A DNA stretch of 62,961 nucleotides, filler included, from Neoconidiobolus thromboides FSU 785 (GCA_025603075.1; 11 parts of 11 records of this genome joined end to end with filler, not necessarily neighbours in it), one strand, 5' to 3'. Counted from the whole stretch's first letter, positions 28,103 to 41,639 are shown. The notes: a model not told the origin generated them from the sequence alone. Made by a program: numbers and translations.

Positions 28103-30467
28103 TCATCTTCTCCTAGGTGGTAAAGAGGGTGGTAACTTAACTCCAAAATTATTATTTTCGTCGTTCCTTTTAGGTGGCAAAGGTGGCGGCATCATAGGCG
28201 AATTGGTGTATTTAACAGAATTAAAACTACTAGTGCTGTGTAATGGTGTATTTGAATAATTAAAATTTTGACCAGTAGCATTACTCTTATTGGAGCTGTT
28301 TACCATATTATGATTTGGAAAAGTAGAAAATGGTGGACTGAGATTAGTGGGAGATAAAGTAGTTTGGGGAATAGTATAAGGGGATGGATTTAGATTTGGA
28401 CTATAATTCGAAACATTAGGAAATGGCATTATTGGCATACTATAATAATTGAGATTGGGATTTGTTGGTGGTAATTGCGGCATTGATGAGATATCAGCAT
28501 TTTGAAATTGAGGAGAAAAGAAATTAGAAGGAGAAGGTGGTAATTGAAATTGGGGCTGTAGGTGATATTGTTGATCTGGAAGGATGAGATGGACTGGCTC
28601 GTTTAATAAACTTAATAATTGGTGAGCATTTGGTCGATTTTCTGGCTTTGGATCCCATGTACGATCCAATAACAAATGATATTGTTGATTTATTAGATTC
28701 TTGTTTGGTGTTATGTTATTTTTCATATTATTATAAACTTCTTCTTTGGTTAATTTATCGTAAGGCAGTGTTAACGAAAATAAACTAAAAAATAATAAAC
28801 CATAACTATAAATATCATAGTAATAATTTGATATGATTTGATTAGAACTGTTAACGTAATATGGATCCAACCAAATTAATTTACTTAATGGTATATTATT
28901 TGCATCATTTTTATATAGATTAAATATAGAATAATTGTTGACATCATTATTGGTGCTGTTTAGTTTTACTGAAAATTCGAAGCCTGTAATTTTTCCTCGA
29001 TTACTTTCAGTGATTAAGATGTTATATGCGTTTAGGTTATTATGACTGAAATTACGAGTGTGATGGAGATAAACTAAACCGTGTGCGATGTCTTCCATCA
29101 AGGTTAAATTGAACTCCACTCCTTTATTTTTGCCACACTTTATATAATCATATAAACAACCACTAGAAGTAGTTTCAACTAAAACTGAGTAAGGATAAAA
29201 GTCAGGCATCCCAAAGCTAGAATCCGTTATTCCAAATAAACGAACAACATAAGGGGATCCCTGTAAATTATGTAGATTGGCTATCTCTTTTAATATCATT
29301 TTTAAATTATCTTGATATTTATTTACATAACTTTTTTCTTCAACCAACTCTACACATCCTGGAAAATAGATTTTATATTTTTTTATTTTATAGTGCTCAA
29401 ACTCATTAACGCTTTTATCTTTGTTTAAACTGTCTTCTTGAACTAAATTACCACCTGGAATATAATGGGTTTTCAGAAATGCTTTGAACTCCTCACTTAA
29501 TATACTATAAGGCTTTTCTATTTTCATTTCTTCTATCCCTTGTGTTAGTTGATGTACCTCATCCTTCTTAATATTACTAATGACACTATTTACATTCAAA
29601 CTTACTTCTTGCTGCGTCTTTGTATCTTTGGAACTAACGTCATCTAACTTTTGGCACACTTCTTGTTGAGTATTAATGTCAGTTGAATTAACCCTATTCT
29701 CACTTTTTGTTCCAATCATATTGGATTGTTCTTGACCAACAACCACATTCTCTGACTTTGAATCATTTAGAATACTAATACTACTTTCAGCATTATTAGC
29801 ATTTAAATCTGAAGATGATGGTATGTCATTTTCTGGTTGATTTAAAGTTAATTTAGATGGCAAAGCTTCATTTTCTTTCTTATTTTTAGATTCAGCGCTA
29901 ATTTCTGTTTTTTTGTCTTCATGGTTCATATCTGTAGTTACTATACTCTCATAAAATAATTATAATTACTTCTGATAAAAATTTACCTTTATTGTCAACC
30001 TTAATTTCATTTTGAACAACCACGGAATCTAATACTTTATCCTCTTCAACCATGGCTTGCATGCTCTTCTTGGCCTTTTCAAAGTTTAATCTTTCAATTA
30101 AGCATGCTTCAGTGTCTAATTCAAAAATGGCTTGTTCGATATCATTTAAAATAGAGTAAAGTGCTTTTTTATGATTTTCTGAATTTAACATATTAGTGAT
30201 TGCATATTTTTTATTCAATGCTTGCACAAATTCTAAACAAGATGCTAATATTGATAAATAATTCTTAACTACAATCCCTAATCGTTTTGTATTGGGCTCT
30301 TCCTCGGCGTCAAAATTCTTTTTAATATCCTCAATTATTAATTCGCCTCTCTTTACTTTACGGGTAATTTTACTCATTTGTCCAGTAAGTATTTTGGTTT
30401 CTTCTCCTTCAGATATTAGCTCCCTACCCACCTCGATGCATTGACATATATCCAGTAAGACTGTCAT
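28103..30467 (-). CDS. MLKL-like protein: N-terminal four-helix bundle + low-complexity linker + TKL-type pseudokinase + Pro-rich tail (772 aa, one intron)
   Basis: A 46-nt GTAAAT..TATAG intron at 29941-29986 joins ORFs 29949-30467 and 28103-29929 in frame (NK-G|TA-TTD-MNH). Kinase subdomains are recognisable (DIAHGLVYLH, DIYSYG, WDPKPENRP), but HRD->HNN, DFG->GFE and APE->DPY. Confidence 0.75.
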
Positions 30468-31105
30468 TGTCTTGTTATATTCTTACAATAAAAGATGTTT
30501 AAACCTTTATAACTTGTATTATCTAGTATTCAAAGATTTAAATGAATACTGAATTTTTATTGGCTGTACTAATTATTAAATCATTTTTCTTATTAAATTT
30601 TATTGAGAGTAATTTTGCTTTCAAACCACTGTAAATGTCATCAAAATTAAAACTTAGTTTCAACGCAACTATTTAAAATAAATTAATATTTGAAGTGAAA
30701 TAATGAGCTAAAGAAGCCTTTATTGTATTTAATATGGCTATTAGATAAATTTAAAAGTGATTTATATTAAAGGATAGAATTGTTTTATCATTAATAATTT
30801 AATTTAATTTAATGTTATGACAAATATAGGGGAAAATATAACTGTTTTTGAACCTTGATATTTTCCAGAAATCAAACTTCATAGATAGATTTGAAATTTT
30901 TTATATCAATTTTTATTTATTGTTTATATAAATGCCATTTTTCTAACTCTAGAGCTTTGATTAAGGATGTTAGATTTTCACTGCTCAAATATATAAGGGT
31001 ACTGATTCTTTGTTAAACTACCAAGTCTAAGAGGCATGTGTTTTATTTAAGGTATTATTGAGTTTGCTTAAAGTATGGTAATCTTGGTAGATTGGAAAAC
31101 TATAT

Positions 31106-31197
31106 GAGCATGTGTTTTAGGGATTTTACTAACAATTTTTTCACTCAAATAGGATTTAAAAAATCGAAAAAATGATGAAATTAAAAAAGACATCTCC
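31106..31197 (-). mobile_element. MITE family A copy
   Basis: ATAT/ATAT flanks. Confidence 0.7.
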
Positions 31198-31299
31198 ATA
31201 TGGTTGTCATTCGTTCTGCAAATTCTATTTCATCTTATAACTATCCATATGCAATAGTTATATTGGATGTTATGTGTTTTTCAAAGAGTAATTTCTAAT

Positions 31300-31398
31300 G
31301 GTGATGTTTTTTTTTGCTTGGTTATTTTTTTCATTTTTTGAGCGCTATTTGAGTGGAAAGATTGTTAGTAAAATTCTTATACAAAAAAATACATCCCC
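31300..31398 (+). mobile_element. MITE family A copy
   Basis: Full length. Confidence 0.75.
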
Positions 31399-31726
31399 AA
31401 TATTAATTTAAATATTCAGCTTTAAAATTATTCCAACCAATGGCTCATTTTTACATTTCAATAGCATTTTGCTGGATATTTATCATTATATAGGATCACT
31501 TGAAACTAGTATATGATATATAACGATCCACTTAAAAATTTAAATGGTGATATACAGTTCAAACTTATATTTATTAATATAATTCAAATTTTTTTAAACT
31601 TAAAATATATACTTTTTTTATTTAATCTATAAACCTTTTGCAGAATTGTATAGGGTAAAATTAAAAATCTAATGACTTCATGACATAAATTTCATAATAA
31701 TGTCAATATCATTATTAATAATAATT

Positions 31727-32509
31727 TTATTTAGAATTTTCCTTTATAAAATCAACAGCGGCTGAAGCCCGAGTATACACACCTGGTTTGCCTTTAAGAG
31801 CACAGCCTTCACCCCATGAAACAATACCGACTAATATTGGAGTAGTACCTTCTTCAATGAACATTGGGCCTCCAGAGTCGCCTTGGCACGAATCTTTACC
31901 ACCTTCTGGATAAGCAGCGCAAAATTGAGATTCAATATCCAAGATTGGATAAGCTTCCTTACAATCACCGACATTAAATACCGGTGCTTTTACTTCTAAA
32001 AGAACTGGTGAAAGGCTACCGCCATATGAGGTAGCACCCCAACCAATGACTTTTAGGAGGGTGTTATCAGCATTAGAATACGTGCCAGGATCAATTTTAA
32101 TACCAGTAGACGGTCCAGAAGCATTGTCAAGCTTCCAAATAGATATATCATAGGCTCGAGTGCGTAATCTATAGTATGGATGAACAATGCGGGATTTGAT
32201 ATTGTAGGTTTTTCCTTGTTCGGAAGATTCAATAGCACTCAAATTGTGACGATGTATACGAGCAGTCCATAGTAAGATATCTCTTTTTGCACAATGAGCA
32301 GCTGAAATAACAGTGTTGGCATTATATAAAGTACCACCACAAAAATGGGAGTGATCATAATCAAGGGATACTACCCAAGGGTATTTGAATTTGGGGGATA
32401 CCTCATAGCCACCTACAATACGGCCAGGTGGAATTTCTGAAGGAACACCAGCAGGAATAGCAGCACTAAGAAGAGTAAAGATAAGGATGAAGATAATAGT
32501 AAATTTCAT
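31727..32509 (-). CDS. Secreted trypsin-like serine protease (S1A)
   Basis: Signal peptide, propeptide ending R-IVGG, catalytic SAAHC / YDISI / GDSGGP, Asp in KDSCQ at the specificity pocket. Confidence 0.95.
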   Translation of the reverse strand: MKFTIIFILIFTLLSAAIPAGVPSEIPPGRIVGGYEVSPKFKYPWVVSLDYDHSHFCGGTLYNANTVISAAHCAKRDILLWTARIHRHNLSAIESSEQGKTYNIKSRIVHPYYRLRTRAYDISIWKLDNASGPSTGIKIDPGTYSNADNTLLKVIGWGATSYGGSLSPVLLEVKAPVFNVGDCKEAYPILDIESQFCAAYPEGGKDSCQGDSGGPMFIEEGTTPILVGIVSWGEGCALKGKPGVYTRASAAVDFIKENSK

Positions 32510-33080
32510 TAAGTTATCATATAAGTTTTTAACAATTTTGAGTTAGTTTTTATAGCTGTATTTTTAATTTGTTTTTAATTTTTATTTGGTTGTATTTGTC
32601 ATACTTATACAATGTGATTTTACTTGTAACTTTAATTGGCAAGTTATCTAATTTGTATATTGAGTTTCCATTTATATGTTTACTATATATATTTTTATTC
32701 TTTATCGTAAATAAATCACTTTCGGTAAGTAAATTTATAACCTTTTATAATATTGCCCTACCAATATATAATAACAAGTAAACCTTAGCAGCTAGATTCT
32801 TCTATTTATATTTCCACATTTAATTTCACAACTAATAAATATTTAGTATAAATAATGCAACTTCATTGTTGTCAAAGTATTTTTTTTATAGTTACAAGGT
32901 TGCTAATATTTTTTATTGAATTTTATAAAAAAACCACAATTGCAACGATAAAGATGTAGCGGAATAACAAAACAGTTTTATAAATGAATGTTAAAAGGGA
33001 ACAAAAAACAACTTGCTTTTTATTTTTCTATATTACTGATATATTAGAATATACGAAACGGTAATAGTCCTTTAATTAAA

Positions 33081-33515
33081 TTAAAGGGATTGATTTTGAA
33101 CTAAAGATGTGTAGAATCCATTAAGTGTTAAAAGATTATCATGAGTGCCCATTTCTACTTTTTTACCATCTTTCATAACAATAATTATATCGGCATCTTG
33201 AATAGTGGACAAGCGATGGGCAATAGTAATTGTAGTTCTACCTTCTGAAGCTTTATCCAAAGCATCCTGTACGACTTTTTCAGATTGAGAATCTAAAGCG
33301 GAAGTAGCTTCATCAAGTAGTAATAGCTTTGGATTTCTAATGAGTGCTCTAGCAATAGCTATTCTTTGTTTTTGACCACCTGAAAGTCTACCACCACGTT
33401 CACCACATGAAGTATTGTAACCATCTGGAAGATCCATGATAAAATCATGTGCATTAGCCATTTTAGCTACATGGATAATTTCTTCTTTTGTGACATCTCT
33501 TTCTACTCCGTAAGC
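33081..33515 (-). CDS. ABCB/MDR transporter, C-terminal NBD2 fragment (enters from a gap)
   Basis: [38 protein letters not shown]. Confidence 0.9.
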   Translation of the reverse strand, partial: AYGVERDVTKEEIIHVAKMANAHDFIMDLPDGYNTSCGERGGRLSGGQKQRIAIARALIRNPKLLLLDEATSALDSQSEKVVQDALDKASEGRTTITIAHRLSTIQDADIIIVMKDGKKVEMGTHDNLLTLNGFYTSLVQNQSL

Positions 33516-33615
33516 NNNNNNNNNNNNNNNNNNNNNNNNNNNNNNNNNNNNNNNNNNNNTTAATTAATTAANNNNNNNNNNNNNNNNNNNNNNNNNNNNN
33601 NNNNNNNNNNNNNNN

Positions 33616-34102
33616 TGAGTCTACTTTTGAATCATTACTTGCAGGTACTCCGATTCTATGCCTAGCTCTATTTGGAGATCAGTTTCGAAATGGACGTAAG
33701 ATAGAAGAGATGGGGGTTGGACAGTTTGTCGATTTGGATACTTTTACGCCCCAAAGCTTATTAGATCAGATAGAAGCTGTGATCGAAGATAAAGATAATC
33801 AGATTCAAAGTAATATAATTAGGATGAAAACAATTGTCCATCACAATAGTAAGAAAAAAAATTCAGCTGCGGATCTGTTTGAACAACATGCATATACAGC
33901 AAAAGCTTGTAGATTATTTGAGCCGTATGTTTCCAGTGATGGAAAGCTACCATGTGAAATTAGACATCTGATACCAATCAGTGAAGAGATGGGGGTCATA
34001 AAAGCTAATAGGTTCAATATTCATTCTTTTGCTATTTTAGTAGCTACAATTGGCCTATATTTTTTTACTTATTTTCTGTTGTATTATTCTCTTTTATCAT
34101 GA
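33616..34102 (+). CDS. UDP-glycosyltransferase (GT1), C-terminal fragment with TM anchor
   Basis: Reading from the gap: ESTFESLLAGTPILCLALFGDQFRNGRKIEEMGVG (UGT signature region), ending in a hydrophobic helix. Confidence 0.8.
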
Positions 34103-35274
34103 TAAATTATATTGAGAATATTAAACCAAAATGAGATTAAACTACTTTTTGAAGTAAAAGATTCAACAACTAAAATAATAATTAAACAAAATACTATATT
34201 TTGTTAGTTATTTCATATAGAATTTTAAGGTGTTGGCGGTTAATTGGTTTTAAACAAGGAAATTATTATTAAGATATTGACGATAAGGCATTATAATATT
34301 ACTTCAAAATAGAATCAAAACATTTAAAGTTTACTATTTTCAAATTATATACGAAAACAAGCTCAAGAAGTCAATATCAAATAAATAGAACATTATTTTT
34401 TTTAGTTTATTAAAACTAGAATTTAATTAAAAAAGTTCGTTGTTCCATATGCTTTCACTTCCAAAGCTGATTGGAGATAAAATCAACTATGACCTAAGCA
34501 ATTAAATAGGCTTAATTTTTAAGAGTGTATAGACTATTACTCATTAAATGATGAAAGATTTTGTTAAAAAAATACATTAACTTACTATTGGCAATAACAC
34601 AATAATTTCATAGTAAGTTAGCAAATAATTGTTATAATACAAACTAAAATAAATAATTTTAACTAATTGCAAAGTAACTGTGCCTAGATGAAACAAATAA
34701 TCACCTTAAACTGCTGTGCTTAAATTTACAGCTAATTTCGTAACCATCGGTTTTCTTAAAGCACGTGATAAACTTATCTTAATAAAGCAAATTCACACAG
34801 ATTGTTTTCAGTTGTAAATTAAATTTACATTCAGATAAAAAACTATAAAAGTCTATAGTGACAGTTTAAGCTTATGACTAGTCATGACTAAGAGATTTGT
34901 TAGATTGACTCGAAGCTTGATTGATTTGTTACACATTTTTAAAAAAGCGTTGTTTTGAAATAGTAATCAACAAGTTTTATTGATAGTGCTTAAATTGAAG
35001 GAGATTTGGTAGTAGGCTAATTGGATTAAAAAATTAACCAATTAATAAATAAATAAATTTTAAATTAAACCATGATTGACTTAATTCTAGTAAAAAAGTA
35101 GTCACTATTTTCTCAAAGCTCATTTTGACAAAAAGTAATGAGCAAAAGACAATAAAATAATCCGCTTTATAATTTAATAACTTAATTTTTTAATTTCAAT
35201 TTCTTATTGTGTATTTGTAATTTTCTATTTATTCTCTGTTTTAGATTCAATTTCAATTTCTACTTTTAATCATT

Positions 35275-38200
35275 ATGTCTTTCAATTTTTCGGATAAATT
35301 ATCAACCTCCTCAAGCCCAAGCTCAGCTTCATCTTTAACCCAAAGTTCTATGACTAATAGGGTTAACCCTCAACCTAAATACTTAAGGTACAAATAATAT
35401 TTAAAGGTAACTTGAAAAGCTAAAACTTAATATTAGAGACCCTACAACGATGGAAACAATTTCTTCAACGTTTAATGGGATATCTTCATTTATGATGAAG
35501 AATACTCTGTTGGGTAAAGCGTTTCAGAAAAACAACAACTCATCTTCAAATACTCCCAATTCATCTTCATTATCAACATCACCTATGCAAAAAAATGAAA
35601 AAACAATATTATCTAAAGTTAAGCCGAAAGCAGCAGTGACTTGTACTGAGTTTGATACTATTTATTTAAATAGAGAAGAGCGGAGGTAATAAATGTATTT
35701 TTGAGCTTTATTAAATTGTTAAATCATTTTTTAGGTCATGCTTATTGATAGGCTATTCTGATGGTTTTCATGTATGGGATATTGAAGATGTTGGAAAAAT
35801 CAATGAGATTGCTTTAATTAAATTGGATATTGGAGAGATTAAATGTTTGAAGGTTTGTGATTTTATTATAATTCTGAACAACTTATTCAAATGTTTTAGC
35901 TTATAAACTCAGAAGATTATGATCCTCAAAAAACAAACCTATTAATAGGGTATAATAAACTTAGTAAAAAAATACATTATTAAACAGTTTATTTAGTGCG
36001 GTTAGAACGCTTCCAGCTTCACCAGATGATGATGATGATATGAACTTTGTACCTAAAGAAATATCAATTTTATGTTTATATTCTTTATATGAAAATAGGA
36101 TAATACATAAAAATGTCTATGAAAATGAAAAGATAACTTCATTTAAAACCAATGAACATTGTATTGCATTAGTAAGCTACCTATACTTATTTATGCGTTA
36201 TTTAATTTCAAATTAAGGGCACTTCACTTCCAAGCATTAGATTACTTTCTAGAAAAGATCTATTGGAATATTATTGCTTTACGGATATTTTGACAACACC
36301 CAGCTCTAGAATGCCTGTATTTACACTAGGAGCTCGTTGGATCGCTTATTCAACTACTTTAGAAACCCCTTGGAAGCCAGATTTTAAAGAAGTATCTTCT
36401 ATTCCGGGGAAGAATAGTAAGGTTGATAGAGTTGCTAAAGATGTAGTTAATGGACTTAAATATATAGGTAATAGAATAAATAAAATAAATAGCTATAGCT
36501 AATATTAAAATATGATATTAGGAGATTATGGATATCAACGCTTAAATAATTATCTAAAACAAAGTCCAGAACAGCTAAATGAACCAAGTTCAAATTCTAG
36601 AAGATTATCTATAGGAACTGGTATTCGTTTACAGTTTGAATATACAAATAATATGTCAATATCCCCTGAAGAAAAAGGATTTTTAAAAGATTCTGGAAGG
36701 GTAAATAATATAATATAAAATATATTCATAATTTATAATTAACATGTTATTACTATTACTAGGTAGTTATAAGGGATGTTTTAGATTTTATTGATGAAAG
36801 TGTTGATCATCCTTTGTCACCCAAAATGGAACCAATAATTGGTTCATATTTACCATCTGTTGCTCATTTCCATTGTCATTATTACCCAGTAGCTTGTTTA
36901 GCATTCAATGGTACTGGAAATTTATTAGCAACTGCCTCGGTTGAAGGGCATACATTTTATATTTATGAAATTATTGGAGCAAATAGTCAGCAGCCACCCT
37001 TTAAATTATTGTATAAACTATCAAGAGGATTAACAGATGCTAAAGTCATTGATATGGTATTCAATATTGATTCAAGGTGGTTAGCAACAACAACTCAACA
37101 TGGAACAACGCGTAACTTTTTATTATTTAATAATAATACACTTAACTTACACCTTTTAGATTTATTTCAAATTAATCCATATGGCGGGCCACCTCATCAT
37201 GAATCTCATACCTCTGGTAGGGTGATGAATCCTATAAATTCAAGTACATCAAATAAAGGATATACTGATTATTCTAAAGTAAGTTAATAAATAACAAATA
37301 ATATATAAGCTGATAGACTAACAATAATATAAGCCATATACATTGAACCCAGCAGCAAGATTCAAAAGAACAAAAGACCATGATTCAATGGATAATATTG
37401 ATGAATCAAGTAAAGAAGTATCGCATTCATCTATCATATCAAACGAAACACTTATTAATTCAACTAAATTTTTGATATTAACTTCATCTTTATGTAATTG
37501 GTTAAAAAAATTGCCATCAGCTTATGAAATATCGGATTCCTTTGAAAACTATCTAAAATCCAGTCAAATCATGTTGAATATTGATCATGAAGGTTCTTTA
37601 ATGTTAGTACGTATTAACGTTACTGCAAAGCCTATATTGGGGAGTTTACCTGGTAAAACAAATTCATAATTAATTTAATAAAATAAATATTAACTATTAT
37701 TAGAAGATAAAGAAGAAGAACTTTCTATTAAAATAGAAAGGATAGCGGAATGGGGACTATCTAAGAATATTGGAGATAGTGAAAAATATTTTGAAATTAT
37801 TACTAATGTAAGTCAATATTAATATATTAATTATATTTATAATAATAATAATTTATAGGAAGTGAGAATTGATAGTGAAACTAATTATTTAAGTGAATTA
37901 GAATCAAGGTATATAAATAATAATAATAATAATAATAAATGAAACAGTAATATGTAAAGTAATAATATATGATAATAATAAATTAATAGATGGTTACCTT
38001 ATCTTGAAACTAAAAATTATAATCCATATACGTCATTTAATAGACCTTTATGGTTATTAAATCAATTTGATTTTAAAACTTATAGTAATGAACCAGTTAT
38101 GGATAATGACTCAGATGAACCTGGAATCATCATGTTTAATAAAGAAAAGAACGAGGATGAAATATTGCGCTTAACAAAACAAAAGATTTTGCGACCAAAT

Positions 38201-38894
38201 TCAAAGTAAATTTAATTAGTTAATTATTTATAATATTTATTAAAATATTTATATTAGAGTAAAAGTAACTTATCAACCAAGTTCATCTAAAGATGAAATT
38301 AAAGGTAACATTTATTATTATTTATATACTTAATTATTAATATTTATTTAGATCATCTTGTATCTGCAATGCAAACAGACTTAGAAAAACCACCAATTAC
38401 ATCTTCACTACCTATACGTAGTGGTAAGAGTAATAAATAACATAATATTTTATAAATATTAATTCATCTTTTTAGATCCAATTTCATTTGAAGATGCCCT
38501 TGAAATACATATGGTAGAAACCTTTGGAGGGAATAAAAAAGAAGTAAACCAAAATCGAATGAATGAAATAGCACCTAATTTTATTAATGAAATAATTCAA
38601 AATCAAAGTATGAATAATAGTTTTAATGAAAATCAACATAAAATTGAAGAAGAATTTGCTATATTTGAAATGGACAATGATGATTATTCAACTAATAATG
38701 AGTTAAATAATGATATGGAAGCAGTACCTATTTCTAATTCAAATCTTGATAGTGATGAGTTTAATTTATCTAATTCTCCACCTTTACTTTCTGTAAGATC
38801 TCGTATGACAGAGTTAGATGATTGTGATGATGTTCAATATGAAGCTACTGATCCATCAACTTCATTTACATTAGATGAATTTTTAAATCTTTAA
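35275..38894 (+). CDS. BCAS3: BCAS3-like WD40 beta-propeller (PROPPIN-related autophagy protein), multi-intron
   Basis: Exons give LGARWIAYS, AHFHCHYYPVACLAFNGTGNLLATASVEGH, YKLSRGLTDAKV, DSRWLATTTQHGT-HLFQINPYGG, WLPYLET..RPLWLLNQFDFKTY. Confidence 0.75.
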
Positions 38895-39328
38895 TAGTTT
38901 TTATTATAATATTAAGAATAAGTAGGATTATTTTAAAGTAACAGGTATAAATTAATAGAATAAGACATTTTTAATAATGTGATTATTTTTTTTTTAAAGT
39001 GTAGAAAGTAGTAATTTTTTAATTTTTTTTTATAACTAAAACCTAGGATTTTAGTTAGTTTATTTTTTTATTGATGGTTACTGGACTTCTCCACTCTATT
39101 CTCTCTCTTTTTAAATTTGTATTAATAAATGAAATATTAAAAATATTGTGATAATTTATTATTTTTAATTGTTATTTCATTTGTATTACTTATTATTTTA
39201 AATCCCATCAAATTATTAATAATTCTGAACTTTTTGGATTGAACTTGATTTTTAAAAACTATTTTATACAATTATATTTTTAAATTTAAAATCGAAAGTT
39301 AATTTCTTTTAACAAATTATTAAAAAAA

Positions 39329-39880
39329 ATGTTTCAATTAACCAGAAGTCTTAAAACTGTTGCCAAACTCTCCTTAAAAACTAAATTATATCAACCAACT
39401 AGTATTCTTGGTAAGTTTATTATTTATGTTTTATTTGAAAGTTTGATTTAAAAAATAAAGAAATTTTACAACAAATTATTAATTAATTAAAACGAAATTT
39501 AATACATAAATTTAAATTCACCAAAGGACTTAAAACTAATTTGATCATTTTTAGCTCGTCGTTCATACTCTGATCACTCTTTGACCTTTGATGAACACAG
39601 TGCCCAATACGTTAACTTTTTCAATGAAGTAGATGATGTTTATGAATTACAACGTGGACTTACCAATTGTTTTTCTTATGATTTAGTACCTTCCCCATCC
39701 GTTTTAGAAGCTGCTTTAAAAGCTAGTCGTCGTGTTAACTCTTATTCTACTGCTGTACGTATCTTTGAAGGTATTAAAGATAAAGTAGATAATGAAACTC
39801 AATATAATGAGTATGTTAAGGAATTAGAACCCATTCGTAAACAATTAAGTATTTTAACTAAGGAAGAATTAGGGTTATAA
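39329..39880 (+). CDS. COX6: Cytochrome c oxidase subunit VI (COX5A homolog), intron 39411-39554
   Basis: Transit-peptide exon plus ELQRGLTNCFSYDLVPSPSVLEAALKASRRVNSYSTAVRIFEGIKDKV. Confidence 0.93.
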
Positions 39881-40264
39881 ATGGACGAATAAAGAATTTA
39901 GTATAGGGTTTAGTCATTTTTAGAGTTAAAATTTTTAAATTTATTGAGGATTGAGGTTTTTTTATTTTTTTTAAAATTAGATTCGAAAATAAATCCGATA
40001 ATCAAATCAATAATAGATTTTTAAATGAATTGAAAAATTTAAAATAAATGTGATTTCTAGAAAAATTTTAAAAATAATTTAGAATAAAAATTCATCAGAT
40101 AAAAATGATAAATTTTCAAACTTGTATAAAAGCCACGTCATGCTCTAATATGAATTCATTATCAAAAATCAAAAACTATATAAACTCTTATTTTATCATT
40201 ATCTACATAAACAAAAATTTAATTTAATTTTTATTAAAAAAAAGACATCAACAAAATTAAATAA

Positions 40265-41477
40265 ATGCAACGTTCCACTTCATTATTGAAAAATCTACCA
40301 TCATCTTTGTCTTTACCCCTTGGTTTTAAAGCTAGTGGTGTTCACTGCGGTATTAAAAAAGATATATCCAAACCAGATATAAGTTTAATAGTATCTTCAT
40401 TACCATGTGTTGCCTCCGCTGTAGTCACTCAAAATCAATTCAGTGCCGCACCAGTAGTTGTAACCAAACAAGTGTTATCTAAAAATAATAATAATATTTA
40501 TGGTTTAGTAGTGAATTCAGGTTGTGCTAATGCAGTGACTGGAGAGCAAGGATTAAAAGATAGTTGGGAAATGGTAGAATTGACTAATGAATTGATAGGA
40601 AAACAAAAAGATAGTGTATTGGTAATGTCAACAGGGGTAATAGGACATACATTACCTATGGATAAAGTAAAGAAAGGAATTAAAGAAGGAATTGAAAAAT
40701 TAGGTGAGGATGAAGATAGTTATCATAAATGTTCCCAAGGATTTATGACTACAGATGCTTTCCCAAAGATTCAAAGTTATCAAAATAAAGTTAAAGAAAA
40801 GGGAATGGATTATTCTATATTAGGCATTTGTAAAGGTGCAGGTATGATTCATCCAAATATGGCTACATTATTAACAGCTTTAATTACGGATGTTAATATT
40901 AGTGAAACTTGTTTAAAAGATGCATTAAAATATGCTACAGATAAAAGTTTTAATTCAATTTCAATTGATGGAGATACTTCCACTAATGATTGTTGTATTG
41001 TATTGGCTAATGGAGGGAAAAAGAATGAAATTATTAATAATTTAGAATCAGAAGAATACAAAAAATTTAAATTGAATTTGACTGAGATAATGATTCAATT
41101 AGCTAAATTAATTGTATTAGATGGGGAAGGTGCTACCAAATTTTTAAGTATTCATGTTAAAAATAGTCGAAATGAACTTGAAGCAAAACAAATTGCTAAT
41201 TCAATAGCTACTTCAGCCTTAGTAAAAACAGCGTTTTATGGGGAGGATGCTAATTGGGGTCGAATTATTGCTGCTGTTGGATATTCAGGAGTTAAAATCA
41301 ATACGGAAAAAATTGATTTGAAAATTAATGTAGGACAAAAAGAAAGTGATGATAAAAATCAATGTATTTATTTATTAAAAAATGGGAAGCCAATTGTTAT
41401 GGATGAAGTCAAGGCAAAAGAGATTATGAAAAATAAAGAATTGTTTTTAAGCATTGATTTAAATTTAGGTAATTATT

Positions 41478-41520
<43 letters not shown>

Positions 41521-41634
41521 TACTAATATTTATTTATTTTTATTTATATAATAATAGGGGATAAAGATGCCACTATATGGACTTGTGATTTTTCACATGA
41601 ATATGTAACTATTAATGGCTCTTATCGTACATAA
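40265..41634 (+). CDS. ARG7: Glutamate N-acetyltransferase/ornithine acetyltransferase (ArgJ), intron 41469-41557
   Basis: [37 protein letters not shown] (autocleavage Thr), [22 protein letters not shown]; last exon [18 protein letters not shown]. Confidence 0.95.
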
Positions 41635-41639
41635 AAAAT

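Noticed and set aside
23872-33515. Treating the two ABCB halves as one gene on a circular element
   Set aside because: The middle of the gene is absent and there is no overlap; tandem paralogs are the simpler explanation.
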